From contig NC_086097.1 in NCBI RefSeq assembly GCF_963921235.1, positions 95,730,001 to 95,794,000 on the forward strand: a stretch of 64,000 nucleotides of DNA, read 5' to 3'. Positions 13,968 to 27,819 of this stretch are shown piece by piece. Below the pieces are notes generated by a model. The model was not told the DNA's origin and did no database searches. It saw only the letters and a program-made list of their open reading frames with translations. Positions within the stretch are counted from its first letter, which is position 1. Each line of letters opens with the position of its first letter. The position numbers were made by a program, and so were the translations under genes. This stretch comes from Mobula hypostoma. Taxonomy: Eukaryota.

Positions 13968-16308
13968 CTGTGATGAAGGAAAAGAAGAAATTCTCAAATA
14001 AAAGGCCTCACACTGCTCGGATGAGCTCTGCTTTTCACCAGACACAACCCCAAAAGCTCTGTACAGTTCCAAACCCATTCTACTAAAGAGGACAGTCATA
14101 AACATGTTGAAGAGCTTCTCCTTTATTATTGGTCAATAGGCAAAAAGAGTAACATTGAAGGTTTTGTGATTGGTGATGCTTTACTGTCAGGTATGGTTCT
14201 GGGACAGGAGATTGTAGATTAAAGTCCTATTCCAGAGGATCGATCACAATGTTGGCAGATATTCTTGTACTTTAATGTTGATGCATCCATCTTGCAACTG
14301 AGGTATTAAACCAAAGTCTAGTCTGCTTTCATGGAAAGATGTTAGAAATCGCACAGGTAATATTATAGAAAAGAAAAGGATTTCTGTATCATATTTACGC
14401 CCTCAAGCAACATGAAGAACATACCTACCCTCGATAGGACCAAATCTTCAACAAAGACAGAATCACCGGTGATCAACATTCTACCATATATATTCTCAGG
14501 AAAACAAAATGAATTACTGAAGTGAAGTTGTGTAGCGACGGCCAGTGCAGGGGCAGGAGATCTGTGAGAACAGCAGCACAGACAACAGAGGCTGAATGGA
14601 AGGAACGCTGGAGGGGACCAACTCCACAGGGTCTTGTCTGGGCATCTGGCTACTAGAGGGGATTGACTGCAGGGGGTCACGACTAGAGGTTACACTGGGA
14701 GCAGGAGGAAGGCAAGACTGACCAGACAAGAGCAGATCGAGAGGGGTCAGCAGTGTTTCTCTGATCCTTTGGGTTCTTCCGGAGCTCAAGAATGGTGAGG
14801 AGTTTAAATTCTGAACAACCGCTTATTTCAAAGTTTAAACAAATGTACAAATACTAGCAAACTAAGTGAAGAGCTGAGCAACAAAGATGGAGAAGATGAA
14901 AAGGAGAAGATAAAGACAAAAATGACACCTCTGAAAAATTCCTCACCTTTTATAATAAATAACAGAAAGTTTCTTAGATAAGAATAAACCAATCAATGGT
15001 TGCACAATTACATCACATGGGTAGTATACTAACACTTAACCAATGAAAAATGAGAAAAGTGATAGCTGCTATACTGCTTTCTGCCAGTAAGTGGGAACGA
15101 ACCTCCACATACTGTGAAAAATACATGAGTTTGTTAAAAAAGTACAAATGATTAAACATTGACTTTAGTGTTACATTAATTCATCTAATATCTTATAAAA
15201 AGTATTAAAAAAGTAGATTCAAACAGCAGAGAGGGGAGAGTGAACAGCTACATGAAGCATCATTCTACAGCTCTGCTTGATAGAGGATTGATTATGTTTC
15301 CTCAAGTTTTCAGGAGATTTACTTTTAAACAGTCGAGGCATGTTGTACAGAAACAGGCCCTCTGGTTCAGCATGTCCATCCCCTTCAAACGTGTGAGGTT
15401 ATAAAGGAAGAATGAAGGTAAATTCAGGTAACTAAAAGGCCCTATCGAGCATGAGAACATGCAGATGATGCTCATCTCCTGTAAAGAGATGGATTAATTA
15501 TCTGCTCCATCATTAAAGTAATATTAATTAATATGACTGTCAATCTCCATTCAAGATCAATGAGTTGTCTGAAGAAAGGAAACTACACTGGAGTTGGGCT
15601 GAGGTTGAAATTGAGGCATTTTATTGGAAAATTTATTTTGTTGATATGATTTCAATCTTTCCTTTTTTAAAAATATGTAACGGAACAGTGTAAATTTATT
15701 TGTCTGTCATTTCTCCTTTTCTTTTCTGAGTCAGTAAGGGAAAACATTGAGGAAGCTTTATTAGAACTCTAATCAATATTCTAAGCGGGTCTGAAGGGAC
15801 AGTGCCAGTGCTCAGCAAGCTGCTCGGTGACGTTTACTCGTCTCTGTGCTGAACGCAGCCTCTGGCCTGCAACTAACGGGTTTCTGATGGGCTGCAGTGG
15901 CTGTGGGTTCACTCTCGTGGACTTCAGCTCTGAATGTCATTTGTTTACTTTTATTGTTTGCATGATTGGTTTTGTTTTCTGCACCTTGGGGGTTTGACGT
16001 TCCTTTTTTTAAAATGGGTTCGATTGGGTGTCTTTGTTTCGTGGCTGCCTGTAAGGAGACAAATCTCAAGGCTGTATGTACTGTACATACTTCGAACTTT
16101 GATAAACCGCGCCCGACAACAGGGATTCCCTCAATGTGACATCATGATTTAAACCTGGATTCTTGTGCACAAGTTCCTGAATAATGTGCTACCCCAGTGG
16201 CTGAGTGGGATTGGAATCCACCAGCTGAAACTACAGGCAATGTGGTGAGAACAGAATGGTCAGCAGGAAGGCCCTTTATACAATGGGACACCATGCATTG
16301 TGTCTTAC

Positions 16309-16408
16309 CTGGGTGATATCCCTGGATGCAGCTGCCGCACTCATGTGCAAGCTGGGCTGTCTCACCGAACTACTGCAGTCCAAAGCACGGGCAAACGTTC
16401 CGACAGAG
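16309..16408 (-). CDS. MTA1: MTA1-like coding exon (100 bp, ELM2)
   Basis: (R)[33 protein letters not shown], not present in the ORF track. Acceptor GTCTAG|, donor CAG|GTAAGA. Confidence 0.93.
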
Positions 16409-16849
16409 CTAGACAGCACCAGAGACGGTTACATATCAAAGTCAAGTTTATCGTCAAATGTCCAAGCGCACAAATGCACATATGCAATGAAAAAACTTGC
16501 AGCAGCATCACAGACGCAACATTCGCAAGTATGAATTCAACAGGAATCAAACACAATTAGAGCAGAGAGCACAAGGATCATTGCACTCCAAAATGGTTAT
16601 GGAGTGATCAGAGTTGTGAAGTTTGCTTCAAAAAAAGAATGGCTGAAGGGAAATAGCTGCTCCTGAACGTGGTGGTGTGGGACTCCAGGCTTCTGTACCT
16701 CCTGCCCAATGGCAGCATGGCATCCCAGCTGCTTATTTGGGTCATACTGTGGAACGCAGGTACAGTAGTTATCTCACCGCCCCAATTACCCAGGTTCCAC
16801 TATGACCTCTAGAGTTACATGATCCTGTTTCCTCTGAGACTTGATGGGC

Positions 16850-17025
16850 TTCCCTCCCCCCACCCCTACATCGGCCAGTAAGCGAATAGACTTCTCTCCC
16901 CCCATCTTCCCACCCCGTGCTGCAGTTTCCCCACCCCTACGCCGGTCAGTAAGCAAATAGACTTCCCTCCCCCCATCTTCCCACCCTGTGCTGCAGTTTC
17001 CTCACCCCTACACCGGTCAGTAAGC
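16850..17025 (+). repeat. 71-bp tandem duplication (about 2.4 copies) inside a decayed SINE
   Basis: CACCCCTAC...CAGTAAGC recurs at 16861, 16932 and 17003 (period 71). Confidence 0.85.
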
Positions 17026-17713
17026 TAATGGGCCATTGTAAATGATCTAGTCCAGGTGCCTGGTATGACAATCGGGTGCAGGTTATTAGTGGCCATCTAT
17101 GCATGAATAATGTACAGGGAAATATGGGTGCATAGATGGTTAGCATAGACTAGATAGGTGAAATGGGCTCTTACATCATAAAGAAATATGAAAAATAGCT
17201 TCATTTGGGTTTAATCTACACATTGCTTCCTGTTGGTGTGAGTGATTCCAAACTAATGCTAAAGTTGTCAGTTCAAACAGCTTGCCAAACTGCCCTCTTC
17301 ACCACAATTCCAAATTTGGCAGGGCATTGCAGTGGTCTCCATTCTCTTCATGGATACTTCCTTGAATAAATGTTAATTAGTTTTAATAAATAACAATGTA
17401 AACATAGCTTAAGCATGTTTCTCTAGCTTTTGAGCTACCTATTATGAAGGTCACTGTGTGCCCAAAGTCCTGTTTAATAGAAAAATTTTATCACAGAATG
17501 AGATGTTGCAATATCTCTTAATGAGCAAATACATGGATTGATATTCCGACCGTCACTGACTGATGCATAATCATATTATTAAATACATGGACCAAATCTA
17601 GTAACAATGTGATTACCAGCCCTAAGCCTACAATCCCTACTTGGACGAGATAATTACTTTTGCAACTGTACCAGCAATAAAGGGTTCTGTGGACAGCAGC
17701 TCGCCCAAGTGTT

Positions 17714-18345
17714 CAGAATCAGAATCAGATTTAATAACATTGGCATATGTTGTGAAATGTACTGCTACGTGGGAGCAGTACAGTGCAATACATAATAAAC
17801 TGTAAATTACAGTAAGTGTATGTACATTAAAAAAGTTAAGTAAGCACTGCAAAAAGAGAAAACGGGGTAGTGAGGTAGTGTTCATGGGTTCAACGTCCAT
17901 TCACAAATCTGAGGGACAGAGGGGCAGAAGCTGTTCTTGAATTGTTGAGTGTGTGCCTTCAGGCTCCTGTACCTCTTTGCTGATGGTAGCAATGAGAAGA
18001 GGGTATATTGTGGGGTATGGCGGTGGGGGGGGGGGAGGGTCCTTAATGAAGGATGCTACCTTTTTAAGGTGTTACTCCTTGAAGGTGTCCTGGATGCCGG
18101 GGGCCTATGACGGAGGTGACTGAGTTTACAACTTCCTGTAGCTTATTTCGATCCTATGCAGTGTCCCCCCCCCCCCCATCATCACCACCATCTCAATCCG
18201 CCGCATACCAGTCAGAACGCTCTCCACAGTACACCTCTCGAAATGTGTGAGTGTCTTTGGTGACGTACCAAACCTCCTCAAACTCCTAATGAAATATGCC
18301 GTGCCTTCTTGTAACTGCATCAATAACGTTGGGCCCAGGATATTC
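17714..18345 (-). mobile_element. Rex/Babar- or L2-like LINE 3' fragment
   Basis: ORF 18126..18347 (YFIRSLRRFGTSPKTL...RCTVESVLTG); (CAGAAT)n tail at 17714-17730. Confidence 0.78.
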
Positions 18346-18536
18346 ATTAGAGTTTTTCATTACGTCAACAACACTCACAAAGAAGCAATCACGAAACTGG
18401 TAACATAGAGATTACCAGCTCTCAGCCTACAATCCCTTCTTGGACAGGATGACCACTCTTGTAACTGCACCACAGTGAAAGGGCTCTGTGATTAGCAGCT
18501 CACCCAAGTGTTATTCAGAACATACTCAACACTCAC

Positions 18537-18639
18537 CGAGCAACAACTAGGAACTGGTCAATCTGCTTGTCTGTCAGTGGAGTGTCCCCATCCCAGACCT
18601 TGGCTTCCATTTCAGCTTGATCTCTTCCATCCTCCTCTC
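18537..18639 (-). CDS. MTA1: MTA1-like coding exon (103 bp, ELM2)
   Basis: (G)[33 protein letters not shown](R). Acceptor CTTACAG|, donor TCG|GTGAGT. Confidence 0.93.
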
Positions 18640-19985
18640 CTGTAAGCCAAGAAAGACAACAGTGACAAATACCCACCCAGACCAAAGCATCAGGCATCAG
18701 GGGGTTGAAAATCAACCAACAGGCATTATCTGTGACACTTGCAAAAAGAATCGTTGAATTGGTTAAAGAGGCAGTCAACAGAGGAGAGGGTAAGTTTCAT
18801 CATCCATTCAAGGGACGACCTGCGGACCTCCTTCACGTCCCTGGACCTCCTGAAGTTTAGGGCACAAGGCAAGGAAAGGCCACTGCAAAATGCAGCTGTC
18901 ATTTTTAGCAGCACATCAATGCAGTGCAGACTGGTTCAATTAGCAGCACTGCCACATCTGGAGCAGAGAGAAGGTTCACGCCCCACTCAAGGACCGGAGG
19001 GCAAAAATGCCAGCTGAATCAAGGTTTTCCATGTTGGAGCATTCAACTTTCACGAGGTGTGTTAAATCAAGACCCAGTCTGATCCCCCAACCAGACAAAA
19101 TCCCATGGCACAATTTCACAGTAGAGCAGGGGAGTTATCCCTCAATCCATGGAGAGAAAAACATCACAGAAATGGGACTTTTGGCCCATCATGTCCATGC
19201 TGACCCTTTTGTTCATCTACAATATATTAATTCTGTTTTCTCACATTAGCATCATATTTTCTCCTTTTTGTGTCTGTGTAACAGTGATTATATCTGATTC
19301 CTCCATCTCCTCCACCTGGGTGTCCCAGATGTAGACCACCCTATGTAACATAACCTACCACTCTGATCCCTTTTAATACCCCTTTCTTCTCACTCAGGAG
19401 AAATGTGCAGATTTCACACAAAGCATACTAAAGTGTTACAATCCCTTCAAAAATTCAATCATTTCTCACCATGTCACAATATCAAATTTGTGAATGGGCA
19501 GTTAAAATGAACTCAATGGTCTGTCCAGTCACACTGAAGCCAAGAGGTCACACATCTCAAGTTCAATATGTCTAATAAAGGGAAAGAGCAAAGGAATGAG
19601 CCCAGGTTTTTACAGACACACTTTTTAAGACAACAAGTAGCTTACACTATCCAGCTACAGATGTCTTCAGGGAAACACAATTACTCTCAGTAGGGGTGGG
19701 GGAGGATTGGTTTCAGAAGAGTTTCTTTGAGACAGCAGTGGGACTTAGCTGATTTTGTAGGAGACTCTAAGTTTAGAAGAGAGATTTTGATCAAGTAATC
19801 AGTATCAACGATTCCTCCTCAATTAATTTATTGAGGAATTAGTCAATGTAGTTAGACCCAAGCAGTCTTGATGCTGTAAAATGCTGCACACACTTGGTGG
19901 GTCCGATGGCAAGTCGTGAGATGTTTTGACCCCTTGGTGGGCCCATTGCCACATGTGGGAATGTTTACCGGTTAACTTCACCGAC

Positions 19986-20103
19986 CTTCTTTCAGGAGGT
20001 CTGTAATGTCTGCTTGGTACTGGGGGCCGATACGAATCTCTCCCTTATCTGCCAAAAGAGTCTTCAGTTGTGGATCGTAGACCAGTGAATAAAAAAATGC
20101 ATC
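19986..20103 (-). CDS. MTA1: MTA1-like coding exon (118 bp, BAH end / ELM2 start)
   Basis: [39 protein letters not shown](G). Acceptor CTGCAG|, donor AAG|GTCGGT. Confidence 0.93.
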
Positions 20104-20654
20104 CTGCAGGGAAGAGAATCGAAGAGAGTCACTCACTTCAAGCTCAGTTAAGGTTGCCTTAGAATTTGAAAAGGACAAATATGGTAGATAAACAGTGATC
20201 CCAACGTCCAACAACTGAAATTTCAACAGCAGTTGGACGTATATGTTGACTTCCTTCTAAGGACGTGTGCCAGAAAATACATTCCAGATTAGGATTAACT
20301 ATGAATAAAGCTCCCTCCAACCCAACAAGCAATCCCACAGTAGATATCCTGTGGGATTGCTCCTCTGACCTGCTGCGAGGGAAGTTCTAACCATCTGTGC
20401 TAGGGCCTCTGCAGTTTCTGCACTTGCCTCCCACAGGGTCCGAGGGAACACTTTGTCAGGCCCTGCAGATTTATCCACCCTAATTCACCTCAAGACAGCA
20501 AGCACCTCCGCCTTTGTAATCTGCATCACTCCCAGATGAGCTCAACATCTTTTCTGCACAGTTTGAAAGGGAGAATAAAACTGCACCTGTGCAAATCCCT
20601 GCAGCATCTGGTGGGAGAGGAAGTCAAGGAAACACACACCAGTCCTCATGGAGA

Positions 20655-21905
20655 AAACATAAGAAGTAGGAGCAGGAGTTGGCTATCTGGCCCATCGAGC
20701 CCGCTCTGCCATTCAACAAGATCATGGCTGATCTGACCATGGACTCATCTCCACCTACCTGCCTTTTCCCCATAACCCTTAATTCCCCTACTCTGCAAAA
20801 ATCTATCCAACCTTGCCTTAAGTATATTTACTGAGGTAGCTTCCACTGTTTCATTGGGCAGAGAATTCCACAGATTCATTAGTCTTTGGGAAAAGCAGTT
20901 CCTCCTCGTCTCCATCCTAAATTTACTCCCCCGAACCTTGAGGCTATGTCCCCAGTTCTAGTCTCACCACCCAGTGGAAACAACATTCCTACCTTTATAT
21001 TATCTATCACTTTCATAATTTTATATGCTTCTATAAGATTTCCTCTCATTCTTCTGAATTCCAGCGAGTACCGTCCCAGGCAACTCAATCTCTCCTCGTA
21101 GTCTAACACCCTCACATCTGGAATCAACCTGGTGAGCCTCATCTGCACTGCCTCCAAAGCCAGTATATCCTTCCTCAAGTAAGGAGACCAGAACTGCACA
21201 CAGTACTCCAGATGGGGTCTCACCAGTACCCTGTACAGTTGCAGCACAATCTCCCTGCTGTTAAATTCAATCTCTCGAGCAATGAAGGCCAACCTTCCAT
21301 TTGCCTTCTTGATAGCCTGCTACACCTGCAAACCAACCTTCTGTGATTCATGCACAAGCCCTCCCAAGACCCTCTGCAAAGCAGCATGCTGCAATTTTTT
21401 ACCATTTAAATAATAATCTGATCTTCAATTTTTCCTTCCAAAGTGGATGACCTCACATTTACCAACATTGTACTCCATCTGCCAGACCCTTTCTCACTCA
21501 CTTAACCTATCTATATCTCTCTGTAGACTCTCCATATCCTCTGCACAATTTGCTTTTCCACTCAATTCAGTGTCATCAGCAAACTTAGATACACGACACT
21601 CGGTCGCACTTCCAGATCGTTAATGTATATTGTGAACAGCACCAACCCCTGCAGCACACCACTCACTACAGATCGTCAACCAAAGAAACATCCATGCATC
21701 CTAACTCTCTGCTTTCTATTGGCTAACCAATCTTCTATCCATGCTAATACATCACCCCAACTGTATGCATCCTTATCTTATGGATAAGTCTTATGTGGCA
21801 CCTTATCGAACACCTTCTGGAAATCCAGTAAATAACGTCCATCTGTTCCCCTCTATCCACTGCGCCCATTATATCCTCAAAGACCTCCAGTAAGTTTGTC
21901 AAACA
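20655..21905 (-). mobile_element. CR1 LINE 3' fragment
   Basis: ORF 20879..21292 (LYRVLVRPHLEYCVQFWSP) and further RT motifs up to about 21900. Confidence 0.85.
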
Positions 21906-21907
21906 GG

Positions 21908-22545
21908 AATCAGCGGTGGAAGGGTTGAACAGTTTCAAGTTCCTGGGTGTCAACAGCTTTCAAGATCTATTCTAGATCTAATATATTTAATGCAATTTCT
22001 AAGAAGACTCAGCAGTTATATTTAATCAGGAGCTTGAGGAGACTTGGTTTGACACCAAAGACTCTTGCAAGTTTCTACAGAGACACTGCGGAGAGCATTC
22101 TAACTCATTGCATCATCATCTGGTGTGGAGGTGAGAACTGGAAAAAGCTGCAGAGCATTGTAAACTCAACCAACTGCATCACGAGCACTAGCCTCCCCAG
22201 CATTGAGGATATCTTCAAAAGGCAATGCCTCAAAGAGGTGGCATCCATCATAAGGAAACCATCTCCTCTTCATTGCGACCACCAAGGAGGAGGGACAGGA
22301 GCCTGAGCACACACACTCGATGCTTTAAGAACAGTTTCTTTCCCTCCACCATCAGATTTCTGAATGGACAATGAATGCATATACACTGCCTCTATTTTTT
22401 TTTTGCTTTTTTCTTTATACTACTTGCTTAATTTAATTTTATATAGTTATTGTAATGCATAGCCTTTTACTAATATGTATGGCAATGTACTGCTGCCACA
22501 AAACAAATTTCACATCACATGCCAGTGATATTAAACCTGACTCTG
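21908..22545 (+). mobile_element. Rex/Babar- or L2-like LINE 3' fragment
   Basis: ORF 21947..22306 (KKTQQLYLIRSLRRLG...FYRDTAESIL); tail ATTAAACCTGACTCTGA. Confidence 0.75.
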
Positions 22546-23011
22546 ACAAGATGTCACATGAGAGGTTATAAAACAAAATAGGAAAATTAGAAAAATGTAT
22601 GATTTTTTTCAAATGACAGTTGAATGGTTAAGAGAGACCTGAGTGTCCTTGTACACAAATTACTGAAAGTTAACATGCAGGTACAACATGCAGTTAAGAA
22701 GGTAAATAGTGTGCTGGCTCTCTATCATTAGGGTATATGTTAAAGACAAAGCAAGTTTATCACCATACAGGTACCTGCATGATGATAAACATGTACCTTT
22801 AAGTACATGTATACACATGTGGCTTGAAAAATTTACTTGCAACTGTATCACCAGCATCTAGCATCAAATATACAATAGTCACAAAAAACACAAATTCTCC
22901 CACGTTTTTTTCAAGAATGCAATTGGAACAAAAAGCAAATTCCATTGGAGCACAAGGTGATCATAGAGTTTGAGTACTAAAGTAGAAACGCCATTGATAA
23001 AATTATATTTC

Positions 23012-23595
23012 AGGGGTGGCACGCTAGCGTAATGGTTAGCACAACGCTTTACAGTACAGGCGATACAGGTTTAATTCCCACTGCTGCCTGTAAGGAGTTT
23101 GCACCTCTCCCTGTGACCGTGTGGGTTTCCTCCGGGTGCTCCGGTTTCCTCCCACAGTTCAAAGACGCACTGGTTGGTAGGTTAATTAGTCATTGTAAAT
23201 TATCCCGTGATTTAAGGCATCCGTTAGTCTTGCGAGACCATGGATCTGCGCCTGGAAAGTGTTCACTCTCCAGGGCACAGGCCCGAGCAAGGTTGTATGG
23301 AAGACAGGCAGTTGCCCATGCTGCAAGTCTCCCCTCTCCACGACACCGATGTTGTCCCAGGGAAGGGCAAGGGCCGAAACAGCTTGGCACCAGTGTCGTC
23401 ACAGAGTACTGTGTGATTAAGTGCCTTGCTCAGGGGGACAACACGCAGCCTCAGCTGGGGCTCGAACTCACAACCTTCAGATCGCTAGTGAAATGCCTTA
23501 ACCACTTGGCCACATGTCAACTTAATCCCGTGAACAGGCTAGGATTAAATCAGGGATTGCAGGGCAGCGTGGCTCGAAGGGCCGGAAGGGTTTAT
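23012..23595 (+). mobile_element. V-SINE (HE1-like) containing a second tRNA-derived SINE inserted antisense at 23211-23524
   Basis: Outer element has a tRNA-like head and GGGTTTCCTCCGGGTGCTCCGGTTTCCTCCCAC. The inner element is flanked by ATCCCGTGA at 23202-23210 and 23525-23533. Confidence 0.8.
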
Positions 23596-24194
23596 TAAAA
23601 ACACATGAAGGCTCTGACGATACTGCATCTGGAATGTTTTATACAGATCTGGTCTCCCTACCCAAGGAAAGATTTACTTGAGAATAAAGGCATTGCAGCA
23701 AAAGTTCAGCAGATTGATTTCAGTGATGGGAGCAAAGCAGGCTCGTTGAATGACAAAAGGCAGACTGGGCCTACACACACAAGTTTAGATGCATGATTGG
23801 TGATCTCACTGAAACATTCAATATTCTCACACACCTTGAAGCTTCCTCAGGGATCTAGAACCAACGATCACAGTCGCAAAACAAAAGGTCAGCCAGATGA
23901 GAAAAACTTCATACAATGTCTTGTGAATTTCTGGCATGTTCTACACAAGAGGACTGTGGAGGCTTGGTTACTGACTATATTGGAAACAGAAATCAATCGA
24001 CGTTTGGATCATAAGGGGTTATGGAATCAGTGCTGAAGCAGAAAGTTGGCTCAAATCTTACTGAATGGTGGAACTGGCAGAAGGGGTCAAGTAGCTGACT
24101 TCTGCTTCAGTTTTATTATGTATGCATTTTGAATGCTTCATCCTGGTTAGGTACAGAGTTATACCACACACACACACACACACATTTTATCAGC

Positions 24195-25690
24195 TACCTG
24201 GAACAGTCAATGCTCCAAGCCTACACTGGTGTCACTTTTCCTACACTACACCGATGACTGCATTGGTGCGACTTCCTTCACCCATGCGGAACTCGTTGAC
24301 TTCATCAACTTTGCCTCCAACTTCCACCCTGCCTTCAAATTTACCTGGTCCATATCCGACATCTCCCTCCCCTTTCTCAATCTCACTGTCACTATCTCTG
24401 GAGACAGCTGGTATCTACTGATACCTTTTATAAACCCACTGACTCTTACAGCTACCTGGACTATACCTCTTCTCACCCTGTTAGTTGTAAAAATGCCACC
24501 CCCTTCTCTCAATTCCTCTGTCTCCGCCACACCTGCTCTCAGGATGAGGCTTTTCATTCTAGAACGAAGATGTCCTCCTTTTTCAAAGAAAGGGGCTTCC
24601 CTTCCTCCACCATCAACACTGCCCTCAACCACACCTCTTCCACTTCACGCACCCCATCCTCCCACCACCCTACCAGGGATAGGGTTCCTCTTGTCCTCAC
24701 CTACTACCCCACCAGCCTCTGCATCCAGCACATAAATCTCCATGACTTCCACCATCTCCAACTGGATCCCATCACCAAGCACATCTTTTCCTCTTCCACC
24801 CTCTCCCTCACTTTCTGCTTTCTGCAGGGATCGCTCCCTACGCGACTCCCTTGTCCATTTGCCCCACCCCACTGATCTTCCTCCTGGCACTTTTCCTTGC
24901 AAGCGGAACAAGTGCTACACCTCCTCTCTCACTACCATTCAGGGCCCCAAACAGTCCTTCGAGGTGTGGCGACACTTCACCTATGAGTCTGTTGGGGTCA
25001 TTTACTATATCCAGTGCTCCCGGTATGGCCCCTTGTATATTGGTGAGACTAGACGCTGATTGGGAGACTGCTTTGTTGAGAACCTACTCTCCGTCCATCA
25101 GAAAAAATGGGATCTCCCAGTGGCCACCCATTTCAATTCTACTTCCCATTCCCATTCCGATATGTCAGTCCACGGCCTCCTCTACTGTCGTGATGAGGCC
25201 ACACTCAGGCTGGAGAAGCAACACCTTACGTTCCATCTGGGTAGTCTCCAACCTGATGGCATGAACATTGATTTCTCAAACTTCCAGTAATGCCCTTCCC
25301 TTCATCAATCCTCATTCCCATTTCCCTCTCTCACCTTATCTCCATGCCTGGCCATCGCCCCTATCTGGTGCTCCTCCCTCCTTTGTCTCCCATGACCTTC
25401 TGTCCTCTCGTATTAGATTCCTCCTTCTCCAGCCCTGTACCTCTTTCACCAATCAACTTCCCAGCTCTTTACTTACCCCTCACCCCTCTCAGTTTCACCT
25501 TTCACCTTGTGTTTCTTCCTCCCCTCCCCCACTTTCTAGCTCTGACTCTTCAGCATTTTTCTCTCCAGTCCTGCTGAAGGGTCTCGGCCCGAAACGTCGA
25601 CTGTACTCTTTTCCATAGATGCTGCCTGGCCTGCTGAATTCCTCCAGCTTAGATTTCTAGTTTCTGCAGATTTACTCTTGTTTGTTACCA
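24195..25690 (+). mobile_element. Penelope-like element remnant (RT C-terminus, GIY-YIG endonuclease, pseudo-LTR with hammerhead motif)
   Basis: YTDDCIG RT motif (ORF 24229), VIYYIQC...LYIGETRR GIY-YIG motif (ORF 24742) and C-terminus LGSLQPDGMNIDFSNF. Hammerhead-like motif at 25566-25603 has a core change (CTGCTGA). Confidence 0.88.
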
Positions 25691-26254
25691 GCAAAAATGT
25701 GATGCTTTGATATAGTATATATTTCAATATCTCAACAAATATTTCAGGTTATGGACAACCATTAAACCCTCAACCATCAGGCTCTTGAACCAGAGTGGAT
25801 AACTTCACCCACCCAAACTCTGAACTGATTCCACAACCTATAGACTCATTTAAGGATTCTACATCTCATGTTCTTGGTATTTATTCTTTACTTATTTTTT
25901 TGTATTTGTAGCGTTTGTTTTTTTTTTGCATATCGGTTGTTTGTCTGTCTGTTGTGGGCAGTTTTTCACTGAATCTGTTGTGCTTCTTTGTATTTACTGC
26001 AAATGCCTGCATGAAAATGAATCTCAGGGCTGTATATGGTGACATACATGTACTTTGATAATAAATTTACTTTGAACTTTGAATGGACCAGCCTAACCTG
26101 CTGCAAGTCATTGATCAAAAGTATTAGTTTAGATTCCTCCCCCCCGCTACCTTCAATGCATCCTGACCTGATGGGGGTCAAACAGTGCTACAAAACACTA
26201 ACTTCTCACACCGCAGCACCAGTGCAAACGTATAGTCAAAATAGGCAGAGGAAC

Positions 26255-27815
26255 GTAGAAACATAGAAAACCTACAACACAATACAGGCCTTTTGCCCCA
26301 CAATGTTGTGTCCAACATGTCCTTAATTTAGAAAGTACATTGGGTTACCCATAGCCCTCTATTTTTCTAAGCTCCATGTACCTGTCCAAAAGTCTCTTAA
26401 AAGACCCTATTGTATCCGCCTCCACCACCGTCGCCAGCAACTCATTCCACGCACTCACCACTCTCTGCGTAAAAAAACTTACTCCTGACATCTCCTCTGT
26501 ACCTACTTCCAAGCACCTTAAAACTGTGACCTCTTGTGGCAGCCATTTCAGCCCTGGGAAAAAACCTCTGGCTATCCACACAATCAATGCCTCTCATCAT
26601 CTTATACACCTCTATCAGGTCACCTCTCATCCTCCGTCACTCCAAGGAGTAAAGGCCAAGTTCACTCAACCTATTCTCATAAGGCATGCTCCCCAATCCA
26701 GCAAAGTCCTTGTAAATCCCCTCGGCACCCTTCCTATAGTTTCCACATCCTTCCTGTAGTGAGGTGACCAGAACTGAGCACAAGTGGGGTCTGACTAGGG
26801 TCCTGTATAGCTGTAACATTACCTCTCAGCTCTTGAACTCAATCCCATGGTTGATGAAGGCCAATACACCATACGCCTTCTTAACCACACAGTCAACCTG
26901 CGCAGCAGCTTTGAGTGTCCTATGGACTCGGACCCCAAGATCCCTCTGATCCTCCACACTGCCAAGACTCTTACCATTAATACTATATTCTGTCATCATA
27001 TTTGACCTACCAAAGTGAACCACCTCACACTTATCTGGGTTGAACTCCATCTGCCACTTCTCAGCCCAGTTTTGCATCCTATCAATGTCCTGCTGTAACC
27101 TCTGACAGCCCACCACACTATCCACAAAACCCTCAACCTTTGTGTCATCAGCAAATTTATTAACCCATCCCTCCACTTCCTCATCCAGGTCATTTCGAAA
27201 AATCACGAAGAGAAGGGGTCCAGAACAGATCCCTAAGACACACTACTGGGCACCAACCTCCAAGCAGAATATGACCCATCTACAACCAATCTTTGCCTTG
27301 TGTGGGTAAGCCAATTCTGCATCCACAAGGCAAGGTCCCCTTGGATCCCATACCTCCTTACTTTCTCAATAAGCCTTGCATGGGGTACCTTATGAAATGC
27401 CTTGCTGAAATCCTTATCCATTACATCTACTGCTCTATCTTGATCAATCAATATGTTTAGTCACATCCTGAAAAAATTCAATCAGGCTGGTAAGGCACAA
27501 CCTGCCTTTCACAAAGCCATGCTAACTATTCCTAATCATATTATGCCTCAGCAAATGTTCATAAATCCTGCCTCTCAGGATCTTCTCCATCAACTTACCA
27601 GCCATTGAACTCACTGGTCTATAATTTCCTGGGCTATCTCTACTCCCTTTCTTGAATAATGGAACAACATCCGCAACCCTCCAATCCGCCAGAACCTCTC
27701 CTGACCCCATTGATGATGCAAAGATCATTGCCAGAGGCTCAGCAATCTTCTCCCTCGCCTCCCACAGTAGCCTGGGGTATATCTCATCCGGTCCTGGTGA
27801 CTTATCCAACTTGAT
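26255..27815 (-). mobile_element. CR1 LINE ORF2 3' half
   Basis: ORFs 27522..27809 (KSPGPD...NYRPVS), 27233..27451 and 26826..27206 (KFADDTK). Tail near 26255. Confidence 0.87.
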
Positions 27816-27819
27816 GCTG

